The notes beneath the pieces are model-generated. The model was not told the origin of the DNA, searched no databases, and saw only the letters and a program-made list of their open reading frames with translations. The translations under genes and the position numbers were made by a program. From an uncultured beta proteobacterium (GTDB lineage Bacteria > Pseudomonadota > Gammaproteobacteria > Burkholderiales > Burkholderiaceae_C): a stretch of 64,000 bases of DNA. The DNA is taken from NCBI GenBank assembly GCA_903822435.1, contig CAIJPE010000074.1, positions 2,510-66,509 of the forward strand, written 5' to 3'. Below, piece by piece: positions 9,212 to 18,559 of this stretch (positions are counted from its first letter, which is position 1; each line of letters starts with the position of its first letter).

Positions 9212-11700
9212 TGAGTCCGCCCCTGCCACCCCTGGCGCAAGACGCCCACCGCCTGGCCGAGGACGTGGCCGCAGCCTGCGCGCGGATCATGCCGACCTGG
9301 CCGCTGGACCGCCTGATCGCGGTCAACCCCTATGCCGGGTGGAGCGATCACCCGATGGCGCAAGCCGCCTCCGAGCTGGGCGTGCTGTCGGGCGCCCGGC
9401 TGCTGATGCCGAGGGCCTGGTACCAGGCGCATTGGCAGTCCGGGCTCCTGCAGCCGCAGCATCTGCATGCGGCTTGTGCGGAATCGGGCGCCGGGCTGTC
9501 GCCGGCGGACGCGGTGGGCGTCCTTCATCGGCCCGAGCCGGCAGTGGCCGCCTTGCCACTGGCCACCGACGTGTGCGAAGGCATCGCCGCCAGCGGCCGC
9601 GTACAGGCCTGGCGCACCATCGTCACGCATCAGATCAGCCAGCACTGCGCCGCCCACTTCGACCAGGGCCAGGCCACCTGGCAGGCGGCCCGCAGCCAGG
9701 GCCTGCTCGCCGGGTGGCGGCAGCAACTGGCCGCCGACCGCGGCCTGCCCTGGCGCACGGGACGCCGACACATCGAGCGCCGGCTGAAGAGCCTGCCCGC
9801 CGGGCCACTGCCGTTGATCGCCGAGGCGCTGCGGGCGCTGGGCGTGCCGGCCGGCGGGCGGCAGCGCTACCTCACGGCCCTGCTGCTGAGCGTGAACGGC
9901 TGGGCCGCCTGGTGCGCCTACCAGGCCTGGCAGGCCCGACTGGACGCAACACCGGGCGACGCCGCGTCGGCCGACCCCGACGGCCTGACCGTCGAACTGC
10001 TGGCCATCCGCCTGAGCTGGGAGCTGCTGTTGCTGGAAGACGCCCCGGCCGGCGCCGTGGATCCGTCGTGGACCCAGGCCTGGGGCGGGGCCGACGGGCA
10101 GGTCAAGGCGTTGATGGACGCACAGGGCTTGGACTGGGTGTGGCAGCGCGCCCTGGAAATCGCGCAGACGGAGCCCGTGCTGAACGCCCTGGCCGGCCGT
10201 GTGCCAGGAAACGGCAGGCCTGCCGAGGCCGCAGGCCGCGCGGTGCAGGCCGTCTTCTGCATCGACGTGCGTTCGGAGGTGATGCGGCGCGCGCTGGAAT
10301 CCGTCAGCCCCCAGGTCAGCACGCACGGCTTCGCCGGCTTCTTCGGCGTGGCCATGGACCACACACCGCTGGGCGGCAGGCTGACCCAGCCGCAGTTGCC
10401 GGGCCTGCTGGCGCCGCGCCTGCACGCCACCGAAGCGGCACCCGATGTCGGCCTGGGCCAACGCCTGGCCGAGCGGCGGCGGCAGGCGCTGGCCCTGGGC
10501 CAGCGGTGGGACGCGTTCAAGGGATCGGCGTCGTCGACCTTCGGGTTCGTGGAAGCCTGCGGCCTGGCCTATGCCGGGGCGCTTCTGCGCGCCAGCCTGC
10601 CCTCGGGCCGCGCCGCCAGCCGCTGGGAAGGCGCCGGCCTGGATGCCCGGTCACAGAACGTGTTGCGACCGGTGCTGGCCGATGTGGGGCCGGCCGAGAA
10701 GGTGCGGATGGCCCACGACATCCTCACGGCCATGGGCCTGCGCAGCAGCTTCGCCCCTTTGTTGCTGCTCGCCGGCCACGGCAGCCAGAGCGCCAACAAC
10801 CCCCAGGCCGCCGGCTTGAACTGCGGCGCCTGCGGCGGCCAGACGGGCGAGATGAATGCCCGCGTGCTGGCCGGGCTGCTGAACGACCCGGCCGTGCGCC
10901 AGGGCCTGCGCACGGTCGGCATCGACATCCCGGCCCAGACGCACGTGATCGCCGGCCTGCACAACACCACCACCGACGAGATCGGGTTGTGCGACACCGC
11001 CGATGCGCCGGCCACGCACCACGGAGCCATCGAGGTGCTCAAGGGCTGGCTGCATGCTGCGGGCGACCGGGCGCGGGCCGAGCGGGCGGGCTCGCTCGGC
11101 CTGGGCGCCTTGGCCCGGTCGCCCGCCCGGCTGCACCGCGCCCTGCGCGAGCGGGCCAACGACTGGGCACAGTTGCGCCCGGAGTGGGGCCTGGCGGGCA
11201 ACGCCTTCTTCGTGGCCGCGCCCCGGACGCGCACCCAGGGCACCGACCTGGCGGGCCGGGCCTTCCTGCACGACTACGACCACCGGCAGGATCCCGAGGG
11301 CGCGGTGCTGGCGCAGATCATGACCGCACCGATGGTCGTGGCGCACTGGATCAACATGCAATACCACGCCTCGACGGTGGACAACGGCCGCTACGGCAGC
11401 GGCAACAAGACGCTGCACAACGTGGTCGGCGGGCACATCGGGGTCTTCGAGGGCAATGGCGGCGACCTGCGCATCGGCCTGCCGTGGCAATCGCTGCACG
11501 ACGGCCAGGCGCTGCGTCACATGCCGGTGCGGCTGTCGGCGTTCATCGAAGCGCCCACCGGCGCCATCGACGCCGTGCTGGCGCAGCACCAAGGGCTGCG
11601 CCAGTTGCTCGACCACGGCTGGCTGCAGCTGTTCCAGATCGACCCGGAGGGGTCGACCATTCACCGTTACGCGGCCGCGAACTGGTCGACGGTGCTGTAG
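9208..11700 (+). CDS. dabA: DabA (DUF2309/YbcC family), the beta-carbonic-anhydrase-like subunit of the DAB pump
   Basis: About 830 aa. Its start overlaps the dabB stop (GTG 9208 or ATG 9211). Family-typical segments are LDRLIAVNPY, FCIDVRSEV, LNCGACGGQTG and HNVVGGHIGVFEGNGGDLRIGLPWQS. Confidence 0.9.
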   Translation: MMSPPLPPLAQDAHRLAEDVAAACARIMPTWPLDRLIAVNPYAGWSDHPMAQAASELGVLSGARLLMPRAWYQAHWQSGLLQPQHLHAACAESGAGLSPADAVGVLHRPEPAVAALPLATDVCEGIAASGRVQAWRTIVTHQISQHCAAHFDQGQATWQAARSQGLLAGWRQQLAADRGLPWRTGRRHIERRLKSLPAGPLPLIAEALRALGVPAGGRQRYLTALLLSVNGWAAWCAYQAWQARLDATPGDAASADPDGLTVELLAIRLSWELLLLEDAPAGAVDPSWTQAWGGADGQVKALMDAQGLDWVWQRALEIAQTEPVLNALAGRVPGNGRPAEAAGRAVQAVFCIDVRSEVMRRALESVSPQVSTHGFAGFFGVAMDHTPLGGRLTQPQLPGLLAPRLHATEAAPDVGLGQRLAERRRQALALGQRWDAFKGSASSTFGFVEACGLAYAGALLRASLPSGRAASRWEGAGLDARSQNVLRPVLADVGPAEKVRMAHDILTAMGLRSSFAPLLLLAGHGSQSANNPQAAGLNCGACGGQTGEMNARVLAGLLNDPAVRQGLRTVGIDIPAQTHVIAGLHNTTTDEIGLCDTADAPATHHGAIEVLKGWLHAAGDRARAERAGSLGLGALARSPARLHRALRERANDWAQLRPEWGLAGNAFFVAAPRTRTQGTDLAGRAFLHDYDHRQDPEGAVLAQIMTAPMVVAHWINMQYHASTVDNGRYGSGNKTLHNVVGGHIGVFEGNGGDLRIGLPWQSLHDGQALRHMPVRLSAFIEAPTGAIDAVLAQHQGLRQLLDHGWLQLFQIDPEGSTIHRYAAANWSTVL

Positions 11701-12251
11701 GCCTGCACAGCCGACCGGGCTGCAGCGGCGTCGGTCGCGGCCGCCGAGGACGCGGTGGGCTTCGGGGTGCGCGGGGCCTGCTGGGTGTCGTAGGCGTACT
11801 GTTCGGGCACGGTGACGGTGCCGTCCCGGTTTGCGTCGGCGGGCGCGTAGATGGGGCTGGATCCTGCCGTGGCTGCGACGGGGCCCGCCGCAACCGCAGG
11901 CTTGGCTGCCTTGGCCGGGCCGCCATCCTGGCCCCCGGCCGCAGCCGGCGAGCCAGCGCCGAGGCCGGCGGTGCCGTCACCGCGCTGGGCTGCGGCCTGC
12001 GTGAACTCGGCCTGCGTGACCTGGCCATCGCCGTTGGCATCGAGCCGGCGGAAGATCGCCTGGGCTTTGGCCGTCGCCGCATCCTGCGACAGCTCGGCGC
12101 CCTTCGCGGAGATCTTCACGATCGCCGAGGCGAGGTCGTTCGGCGTGAGGTATCCCTTGCCCTGGGTGTCCAGGCGCTTGAACACATCCTGTGGATCCGG
12201 GCGGGTGGCCACGCCCGTCACCGGGCCTGCGGCCGAAACAGAAGTCACCAT
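11667..12251 (-). CDS. EF-hand calcium-binding domain protein
   Basis: GGGAG RBS 8 nt upstream of the ATG at 12251. EF-hand loops are DTQGKGYLTPNDL, DANGDGQVTQAEF and DANRDGTVTVPE. The 3' end overlaps the dabA 3' end by 34 nt (convergent). Confidence 0.7.
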   Translation of the reverse strand: MVTSVSAAGPVTGVATRPDPQDVFKRLDTQGKGYLTPNDLASAIVKISAKGAELSQDAATAKAQAIFRRLDANGDGQVTQAEFTQAAAQRGDGTAGLGAGSPAAAGGQDGGPAKAAKPAVAAGPVAATAGSSPIYAPADANRDGTVTVPEQYAYDTQQAPRTPKPTASSAAATDAAAARSAVQAYSTVDQFAAA

Positions 12252-12403
12252 GGAAAGAGCTCCCTGTCCGGGCGGTAACCCCCGGAGAAGTCGGGGGGAT
12301 CGCTCGCACTCAAACGTGGTTTCGGCAACCCCTTCCGGAACTTTAGCGAACTTTTTCACAACCCCGGCAGGCCGGCCTGCGGCTCGGTGCGGTGGCCTTG
12401 CCT

Positions 12404-12799
12404 TCAGCGTGAAGGGCCGGGGCTGCCGGCCATGGCGTCGAGCTTGAGGAAATGCCGCCGTGCCAGCGCCACCAGTTCGTTGTCGCTGGGATGGTCCACC
12501 ACTTCATAGCCGACGATGCGCGCGGCCACCTGCGGTCGATGCTTGTCGACATAGTGCCGCAGATCCGCCAGCAGGGTGTGCGAGCCGCAGACGAGCACCT
12601 GCGCAATGCCATCCAGCGCGTCGCAGACCTCACCCATGAACTCGTGCTCGGTGCGCACGTCGCTCTCGTGCTGGCGGGTCGGGTGCTCGTGGGCGTGCAC
12701 GGCCAGCGAGTGGACGCGGTGGGCGTCGAAAGGCAAGATGCGGGCGTTGTGGTGATCGGCCCAGACAACGGCATGATGGAAGGCTTCGGGCTGGATCAT
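12404..12799 (-). CDS. Uncharacterised eRF1-domain-like protein of the family often annotated as translational machinery protein
   Basis: From the internal Met, MIQPEAFHHAVVWADHHNARILPFD...VLVCGSHTLLADLRHYVDKH...IVGYEVVDHPSDNELVALARRHF matches my recollection of that roughly 130-aa family. Function unknown. Confidence 0.6.
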   Translation of the reverse strand: MIQPEAFHHAVVWADHHNARILPFDAHRVHSLAVHAHEHPTRQHESDVRTEHEFMGEVCDALDGIAQVLVCGSHTLLADLRHYVDKHRPQVAARIVGYEVVDHPSDNELVALARRHFLKLDAMAGSPGPSR

Positions 12800-12967
12800 G
12801 GACGGTTTGCGGATCGGTGGTTTGGAGGCACCCAACTTGCCTTCCGGCGCGGCCGGCGTCTGTGCGTTGACACACAAAATCAGCGCCGGGGCTGGCTGCG
12901 GCATCTTGAAGTGCGGGTGTCCGCCACCAGATGTCCCCACTCAGGCACAAGCGTGCTGGAGGTACCC

Positions 12968-13900
12968 ATGAAGCGATTGCTGGTTGCAATGTCCCTGGCC
13001 CTGGCGGCAGCCGCGTCCTTTGCCCTGCCCACCGTCGAGGACGTGCAGGCCGAAGTGGCCAAGGGCCGCTACGTGCAGGCCGAAGAAATGATGCGCGAGG
13101 TGGTGGCTGCCCGCCCCACCAGCGCGCGGGCGCATTACGTCTACGCCGAGATCCTGGCCCATGACCGCCGTTTCGAGCAGGCTGCGGCCGAGCTTGCCCG
13201 TGCGCGGCAGATCGACCCGGCCGACAAATATACCGACCGCGCCCGGCTGGACGCCTTCTCGGCCCTGCTCGAACGTGAACAGGCCGCGGCGCATCGACGG
13301 CGGGATGCGACCACGCCCTCGACGGGCACCGGCATGACGGCCGCACCCGTGGTGCGTGAGCCCGCCCCGGCCAGCGGCGGTGTACCCGGCTGGGTGTGGG
13401 GCGTGGGCGGGGGCCTGCTGGCCCTGGCGGCATGGCGCATGTTCAGCGCCCGCCCGCAAAGCCCGGCCGGCGCCATGGGCTCTTCCTATGCCGGCACCGG
13501 GGGCGCCCTGGCACCCACGATGCCAGGCGGCGGCACGGTCGCTGGCGGCCCAGGCTACGGCGGCCCCGGTTACGGGCCGGGCTGGCCGCAACCCGCCGCC
13601 GGCGGCGGCAGCGGGCTCCTGGGCACGGGCTTGGCGGTGGCCGGCGGCGTGGCTGCGGGCATGTTGGCCGAGCGGCTCTTCGAAGGCCACCGCGAATCCG
13701 CCGGGCTGGGCGGGGGCGCCGGCAACCTGGGGTCCGGCCTGGGCGCTGGCAGCATCGGCACGGGCCTGCTGGAAGGCGAACTGGAAGACCCGTCGGCACG
13801 TGAGCTGCAAGACAGGCCCATCGACTTCGGCTCGGGCAACGGTTGGGGCGACGACGCGGCCGACGCCTCGGGTGGCGCTTCCGACGACGGCGGCTGGTAA
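12968..13900 (+). CDS. TPR-like secreted/membrane protein with a Gly-rich C-terminal region
   Basis: GGAGG RBS. Signal peptide is MKRLLVAMSLALAAAASFA. It has a TPR-like helix pair (ARAHYVYAEILAHDRRFEQAAAELARARQIDP), a TM helix (WVWGVGGGLLALAAW) and a Gly-rich tail. Confidence 0.7.
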   Translation: MKRLLVAMSLALAAAASFALPTVEDVQAEVAKGRYVQAEEMMREVVAARPTSARAHYVYAEILAHDRRFEQAAAELARARQIDPADKYTDRARLDAFSALLEREQAAAHRRRDATTPSTGTGMTAAPVVREPAPASGGVPGWVWGVGGGLLALAAWRMFSARPQSPAGAMGSSYAGTGGALAPTMPGGGTVAGGPGYGGPGYGPGWPQPAAGGGSGLLGTGLAVAGGVAAGMLAERLFEGHRESAGLGGGAGNLGSGLGAGSIGTGLLEGELEDPSARELQDRPIDFGSGNGWGDDAADASGGASDDGGW

Positions 13901-13904
13901 GGCC

Positions 13905-13937
13905 GCGCAGGCCGGGCCCCTGCGGCCCGGCCTGCGC
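13905..13937 (+). terminator. Strong GC stem-loop, probably an intrinsic terminator
   Basis: GCGCAGGCCGGGCC-cctgc-GGCCCGGCCTGCGC: a perfect 14-bp stem with a 5-nt loop, starting 5 nt after the stop codon and followed by TCTGT. Confidence 0.55.
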
Positions 13938-14017
13938 TCTGTGCGCAAGCCCACCGAACGCAGGCGGCCCAGGGCCCACACTGGCGGGATCCCCTGAATC
14001 CTGAAAGTGCCACTGCC

Positions 14018-14767
14018 ATGACCTACCAAGGCGCACGCGCAGCCTCCCCCGGATCCGAAGACGGGCGTGTCTTCGTGATTTCCAGGCTGCGCCTGGACGA
14101 GTCCGGCCACGTCACCGATGTGCTCTGGACCTCCGTCAATCCGAAATCCAATCTGGATGAAGGCCCGGCCGTGGCGGCCCGGGTGGGCGAGGTCGTGGAC
14201 GCCATCCACGACGGCGCCCGGGTCGAGGCCCTGTTCGCCACCCAGGCGCAGCCCTCGCCCGACCGCTGCTTCGAGGTGCTGGAACACGACGACGGGCTGG
14301 AAACCGTGACGCTGCCCGACCCCGCAGCCCTGCGCCTGGTCGCCACGCTGGACATGCCCTCGCGGCCGGTGCGTGTGGCGCCGCCCACGCCCACCCACTG
14401 GCCCGACAACGGCGCGTCCCGGCTGGCCCGCGCAGCCGGCCCGTCGTCGCGTCGCCCGGTGCAGACCTATGCCGTGTCTCGCGTGGCCCTGGACAACGCC
14501 GGCCGCGTGACCGCCGCCCAGTGGAGCCACGTCGACCTCAAGGCGAATGCGCGCGACAGCATCGAGCGGGTGGTGCCCGTGGCCGACGTGGTGGCAGCCC
14601 TGGAGCGCGGAGACATCGTCCACGCGCTGTTCCCCGAGGTGCATGGGCACCTGCCCGACCGCCTCTTCGTGGTGGTGAACTATGAAGACGGCCGCCAGAC
14701 CATCGCGCTGGAAGGCCCCACCGCCTACGAACGGGACATCCACGACATGGACCGTATCGTGGCCTGA
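14018..14767 (+). CDS. Hypothetical protein made of two tandem DUF3892-like modules
   Basis: The two halves align with each other: VFVISRLRLDESGHVTDVLWTSV...VGEVVDAIHDGARVEALF...EVLEHDDGLETVTL versus TYAVSRVALDNAGRVTAAQWSHV...VADVVAALERGDIVHALF...VVVNYEDGRQTIAL. Confidence 0.65.
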   Translation: MTYQGARAASPGSEDGRVFVISRLRLDESGHVTDVLWTSVNPKSNLDEGPAVAARVGEVVDAIHDGARVEALFATQAQPSPDRCFEVLEHDDGLETVTLPDPAALRLVATLDMPSRPVRVAPPTPTHWPDNGASRLARAAGPSSRRPVQTYAVSRVALDNAGRVTAAQWSHVDLKANARDSIERVVPVADVVAALERGDIVHALFPEVHGHLPDRLFVVVNYEDGRQTIALEGPTAYERDIHDMDRIVA

Positions 14768-14842
14768 TCCGACGGCGCACCGGGGGCCCGGCCGGGGCCC
14801 TGCCTACACTTCAGCCTGTACCGAATAACGACGGAGACAGAC

Positions 14843-16822
14843 ATGAAGACGTGGATGCGGTGTGCGCCGGGCCTGGTCGGCGCGTGGATGGCGGGAGCCG
14901 CGATGGCCCAGGCGCCGGCCCCCCACCCGGCGGAGCCAGCCACCCGTGCCGCCAATCAGGCCCTGCTGGCCGAACTGCCGATGGCCGACAAGCAGTCCTT
15001 CGACGACGCCCGCCGCGGCCTGATCGAAGCCCTGGGCGACCGCGCCATCGCTGGCCCTGGCCCACGGCCGGCCTGGAGCCTGAAGGGCTACGAATTCCTG
15101 GCCACCGAGACGGCCCCCGATTCGGTCAACCCGGCGCTGTGGCGACACGCCCGCGCCAACCTCGGCAGCGGCCTGTTCAAGGTGACCGACCGGATCTACC
15201 AGCTGCGCGGTTTCGACCTGTCCAACATGACGGTGATCGAAGGCGACACCGGCCTGATCGTGATCGATCCGCTGGTGACCACCGAAGTGGCCAAGGCGGC
15301 GCTGGACCTGTACTTCAAGCACCGCCCGGCCCGGCCGGTGGTGGCCGTGATCTACACCCACAGCCACGTGGACCACTGGGGGGGCGTGCGCGGGGTGGTC
15401 AGCGGCGAAGACGTGGCGGCCGGCAAGGCGCAGATCGTGGCGCCGGCCGGCTTCATGGAAGAGGCCGTGGGCGAAAACGTGATCGCCGGCCCGGCCATGT
15501 CGCGCCGGGCGCTGTACCAGTTCGGCCAGTTGCTGCCGCGCGGCGAACGCGGGCAGGTCGACAGCGGGCTGGGCAAATCGGTGTCCTCGGGCACGCTGAC
15601 GCTGATTCCGCCCACGCGGCTGATCACCCAGCCGGTTCAGAAGGAGCGCATCGACGGCGTGGACATCGTGTTCGAGCCCACGCCCGGGGCCGAGGCCCCG
15701 GCGGAAATGATCATGTACTACCCGCAGTTCCGGGTGCTGAACATGGCCGAGATCACCACCCAGAACATGCACAACCTGCTGCCCATGCGCGGGGCCCTGG
15801 TGCGCGACCCGCTGGCCTGGAGCAAGTACATTGCGGGCGCCCTGCAGCGCTACGGCACCCGCAGCGACGTGCTCATCGCCCAGCACAACTGGCCTGTGTG
15901 GGGCGCGGCACGGGTGGAGGGCTTCCTGAAGAAGCAGCGCGACACCTACAAGTACCTGCACGACCAGACCGTGCGGCTGATGAACCAGGGCTACGTGGGC
16001 GCCGAGATCGCCGAGAACTTCAAGCTGCCGCCGAGCCTGGCACAAGAGTGGTCCACCCACCCTTTCTACGGCCACCTCAAGCACAACGTGAAGGCAATCT
16101 ACCAGCGCTACCTGGGCTACTACGATGCCAACCCGGCCAGCCTGGAAGCACTGCCGCCGGTCGCCGCCGCGCGCAAGAGCATCGAGTACATGGGCGGCGC
16201 AGCAGCCGTGCTGGAACGGGCGCGTGCCGACTACGCCAAGGGAGAATACCGCTGGGTAGCACAAGTGGCCTCGCAGCTGGTCTTTGCCGATGCGGCCGAC
16301 ACGCCCGCGCGACAGCTGGCCGCCGATGCCTATGAGCAGCTGGGCTACCAGGCCGAATCGGCCACCGCGCGCAACGCCTTCCTGCAGGGCGCTTCCGAGC
16401 TGCGCAACGGCGTGCCCAAGCTGCCCACGTTGAGCACCGTCTCGCCCGACGTCATCCGCTCGTTGAGCCTGGAGATGTTCTTCGACTACCTGGGCGTGCG
16501 GCTCAATGCCGAGAAGGCGCAGGGCAAGGCGATGGTGATCAACTGGCGATTCACCGACACCGGGCAGAACCATGTGCTCTCGCTGGAGAACAGCGCCCTG
16601 ACCGACACGCCCGACAGCCAGGCGCCCGAAGCCGACGCCACGGTGTCGCTGACCCGGGCCACGCTGGACGCCATCTCGCTGCAGCAGACCAGCTTCCCGG
16701 CCGCGCTGCAGGCCGGCCAGATCACGGTGGCGGGCAAGCGAGAGAAGCTGGTGGAACTGCTCGGCATGCTGGACGGACCGCCAGGAATGTTCCCCGTGGT
16801 GGAACCGCGGCCGGCGCGCTGA
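14843..16822 (+). CDS. Alkyl/aryl-sulfatase, MBL-fold, SdsA1/YjcS-like
   Basis: Has a signal peptide. The MBL motif is VIYTHSHVDHWGG. The dimerisation and SCP2-like C-terminal regions typical of this roughly 650-aa family are present. Confidence 0.88.
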   Translation: MKTWMRCAPGLVGAWMAGAAMAQAPAPHPAEPATRAANQALLAELPMADKQSFDDARRGLIEALGDRAIAGPGPRPAWSLKGYEFLATETAPDSVNPALWRHARANLGSGLFKVTDRIYQLRGFDLSNMTVIEGDTGLIVIDPLVTTEVAKAALDLYFKHRPARPVVAVIYTHSHVDHWGGVRGVVSGEDVAAGKAQIVAPAGFMEEAVGENVIAGPAMSRRALYQFGQLLPRGERGQVDSGLGKSVSSGTLTLIPPTRLITQPVQKERIDGVDIVFEPTPGAEAPAEMIMYYPQFRVLNMAEITTQNMHNLLPMRGALVRDPLAWSKYIAGALQRYGTRSDVLIAQHNWPVWGAARVEGFLKKQRDTYKYLHDQTVRLMNQGYVGAEIAENFKLPPSLAQEWSTHPFYGHLKHNVKAIYQRYLGYYDANPASLEALPPVAAARKSIEYMGGAAAVLERARADYAKGEYRWVAQVASQLVFADAADTPARQLAADAYEQLGYQAESATARNAFLQGASELRNGVPKLPTLSTVSPDVIRSLSLEMFFDYLGVRLNAEKAQGKAMVINWRFTDTGQNHVLSLENSALTDTPDSQAPEADATVSLTRATLDAISLQQTSFPAALQAGQITVAGKREKLVELLGMLDGPPGMFPVVEPRPAR

Positions 16823-16841
16823 GCAGGGGGCTGCCGGGGCC

Positions 16842-17603
16842 ATGTGGGAACAGACGCTGGCCATCGCGCAGCGCATCCTCACCGAGCAGTGGCGGCAGCG
16901 CCGCGGGCTGGTGTTCTGGGCCGTGTTTCCGGCGTCCATGCTGCTGCTGTTCGGCCTGATCTACGGCCACAGCAGCACCATGCGCGCCAGCCTGGACGCC
17001 ACGGCCGGCGGCGTGCTGATCGGGGCGGCGCTGTTCTTCAGTTGCCTGGGCGGCACGCTGACCATCCTCGCCACCGAGCGCGAGCGCGGCACGCTGCGCC
17101 GGCTGCTGGTCTCGCCGCTGCGGCCCGCGGCCTATTTCATGGGCATCGCGCTGGCGTTGGCGGTGGTGGCCTTCGGGCAGACGGTGCTCGTGTTCGGGCT
17201 TTCCTGGCTGATCGGCGGCAGCTTTCGCGGCAGCCTCTGGCTGGGCGGGCTGATCATCGGGATGTCGGTGCTGTCGTACGTGGGCCTGGGCTTTCTGTTC
17301 GGCTGCCGCTATGCCCGGCGGGTGGAGGACATCAACGGGCCGCTGTCGGCCTTCGGCGTACCCCTGCTGGTGCTGGCCGGCAGCTTCTTCCCGCTGCAGC
17401 TGATGCCCGACTTCCTGCTGCGGCTGGCCCAGCTCGACCCCATCCTGCACATGAACGAAGCGCTCAAGGGCGTGGCCGCCCAGGGCCTGGGCGTGCAGGC
17501 GCTGTGGCCGCGGCTGGCCTTTCTCGCGGTGTTCTGCGCCGCCTCGCTGGGCCTGGGCATCTGGGCCTACGGCCGGCTGCTGCAGGCGGAGCGCCGCGGG
17601 TGA
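16842..17603 (+). CDS. ABC-2 type transporter permease
   Basis: Six predicted TM helices. The ABC-2 signature region is ERERGTLRRLLVSPLRPAAYFMG. Confidence 0.85.
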   Translation: MWEQTLAIAQRILTEQWRQRRGLVFWAVFPASMLLLFGLIYGHSSTMRASLDATAGGVLIGAALFFSCLGGTLTILATERERGTLRRLLVSPLRPAAYFMGIALALAVVAFGQTVLVFGLSWLIGGSFRGSLWLGGLIIGMSVLSYVGLGFLFGCRYARRVEDINGPLSAFGVPLLVLAGSFFPLQLMPDFLLRLAQLDPILHMNEALKGVAAQGLGVQALWPRLAFLAVFCAASLGLGIWAYGRLLQAERRG

Positions 17604-18499
17604 CCCTGCTTCGACTGGACGGGGTCTGCAAGCGCCTGGGCACGGCCGCCGTGCTCGACGGCCTGAGCCTGGCGGTCGAACGCGGCGAGATCTACGGGCT
17701 GCTCGGGCCCAATGGCAGCGGCAAGTCCACCGCGCTGAACGTGGTCTGCGGCCTGCTGGCACCCGACGCCGGCACCGCCCAGATGCCGGGTCCCGCCGCT
17801 GCGCCGGGGTCGCCTTCGCGCATCGGCCTGTGCGCCCAGCAGCCGGCCCTGTACCGCGACCTGCGGCCGGCCGAGCACCTGGACTTCCACGCCCGCATCC
17901 AGGGCCTGCGCGCACCGCAGCGGGCCCGGCGCGTGGCCGAGGTCATGGCCCTCTTCGGCTTGCCGCCGTACGCCCACCGCACGGCGGCCCAGCTCTCGGG
18001 TGGCTGGCAGCAGCGCCTGCACATGGCCTGCGCGGTGGTGCACGGGCCCGAACTGCTGATCCTGGACGAACCCACCTCGGCGGTGGACCTCGAAGCCCGA
18101 CATGCGCTGTGGGCGCTGATCGAGACCCTGCGCGCCGGCGGGATGACCATCCTGCTGACGACGCACCACCTGGACGAGGCCGAGCGCCTGTGCGACCGCG
18201 TCGGCATCCTGCAGCGCGGCCGGCTGGTGGCCGAGGGCACACTGGCGGCGCTGCGCGCACGCGTGCCGGCGAAGGCCATCGCCCTGGTGCGCGGCGACGA
18301 CGAAGCCGCCCTGCGGCAGCGCGCCGAGAGCCTGGGCTGGCCCACGCGCACCTATGCCGGCGAACTGGCCTGCCTGATGCCTGAGGAGACGACCCTGCGC
18401 GACGTGGTGCAGGCCTTCGAAGGCCTGGCCGTGCGCTCGGCCACGCTGCAGCCCGTCGGCCTGGAGCACGCCTATCTCGAAGTGCTGCAGGCGGCGTAA
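17600..18499 (+). CDS. ABC transporter ATP-binding protein
   Basis: The GTG start overlaps the permease stop (GTGA). Walker A is GPNGSGKST, the signature is LSGGWQQRL, and Walker B is LLILDEPTSAVD. Confidence 0.88.
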   Translation: MTLLRLDGVCKRLGTAAVLDGLSLAVERGEIYGLLGPNGSGKSTALNVVCGLLAPDAGTAQMPGPAAAPGSPSRIGLCAQQPALYRDLRPAEHLDFHARIQGLRAPQRARRVAEVMALFGLPPYAHRTAAQLSGGWQQRLHMACAVVHGPELLILDEPTSAVDLEARHALWALIETLRAGGMTILLTTHHLDEAERLCDRVGILQRGRLVAEGTLAALRARVPAKAIALVRGDDEAALRQRAESLGWPTRTYAGELACLMPEETTLRDVVQAFEGLAVRSATLQPVGLEHAYLEVLQAA

Positions 18500-18559
18500 G
18501 AAGCCATGCAGCCGGGGCGACCCTGCGGCATCATCTGACTCTCTGCACAGGAACCGACC

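Noticed and set aside
9339-12278. 979-aa plus-strand ORF overlapping dabA in another frame
   Set aside because: The sequence is extremely Arg/Pro/Gly-rich, and the dabA frame carries the DUF2309 family motifs. It also runs through the convergent EF-hand gene.
14768-14842. GC palindrome CCCGGCCGGG considered as a terminator after the DUF3892-like gene
   Set aside because: It is a zero-loop palindrome that cannot form a stable hairpin, and no U-tract follows.
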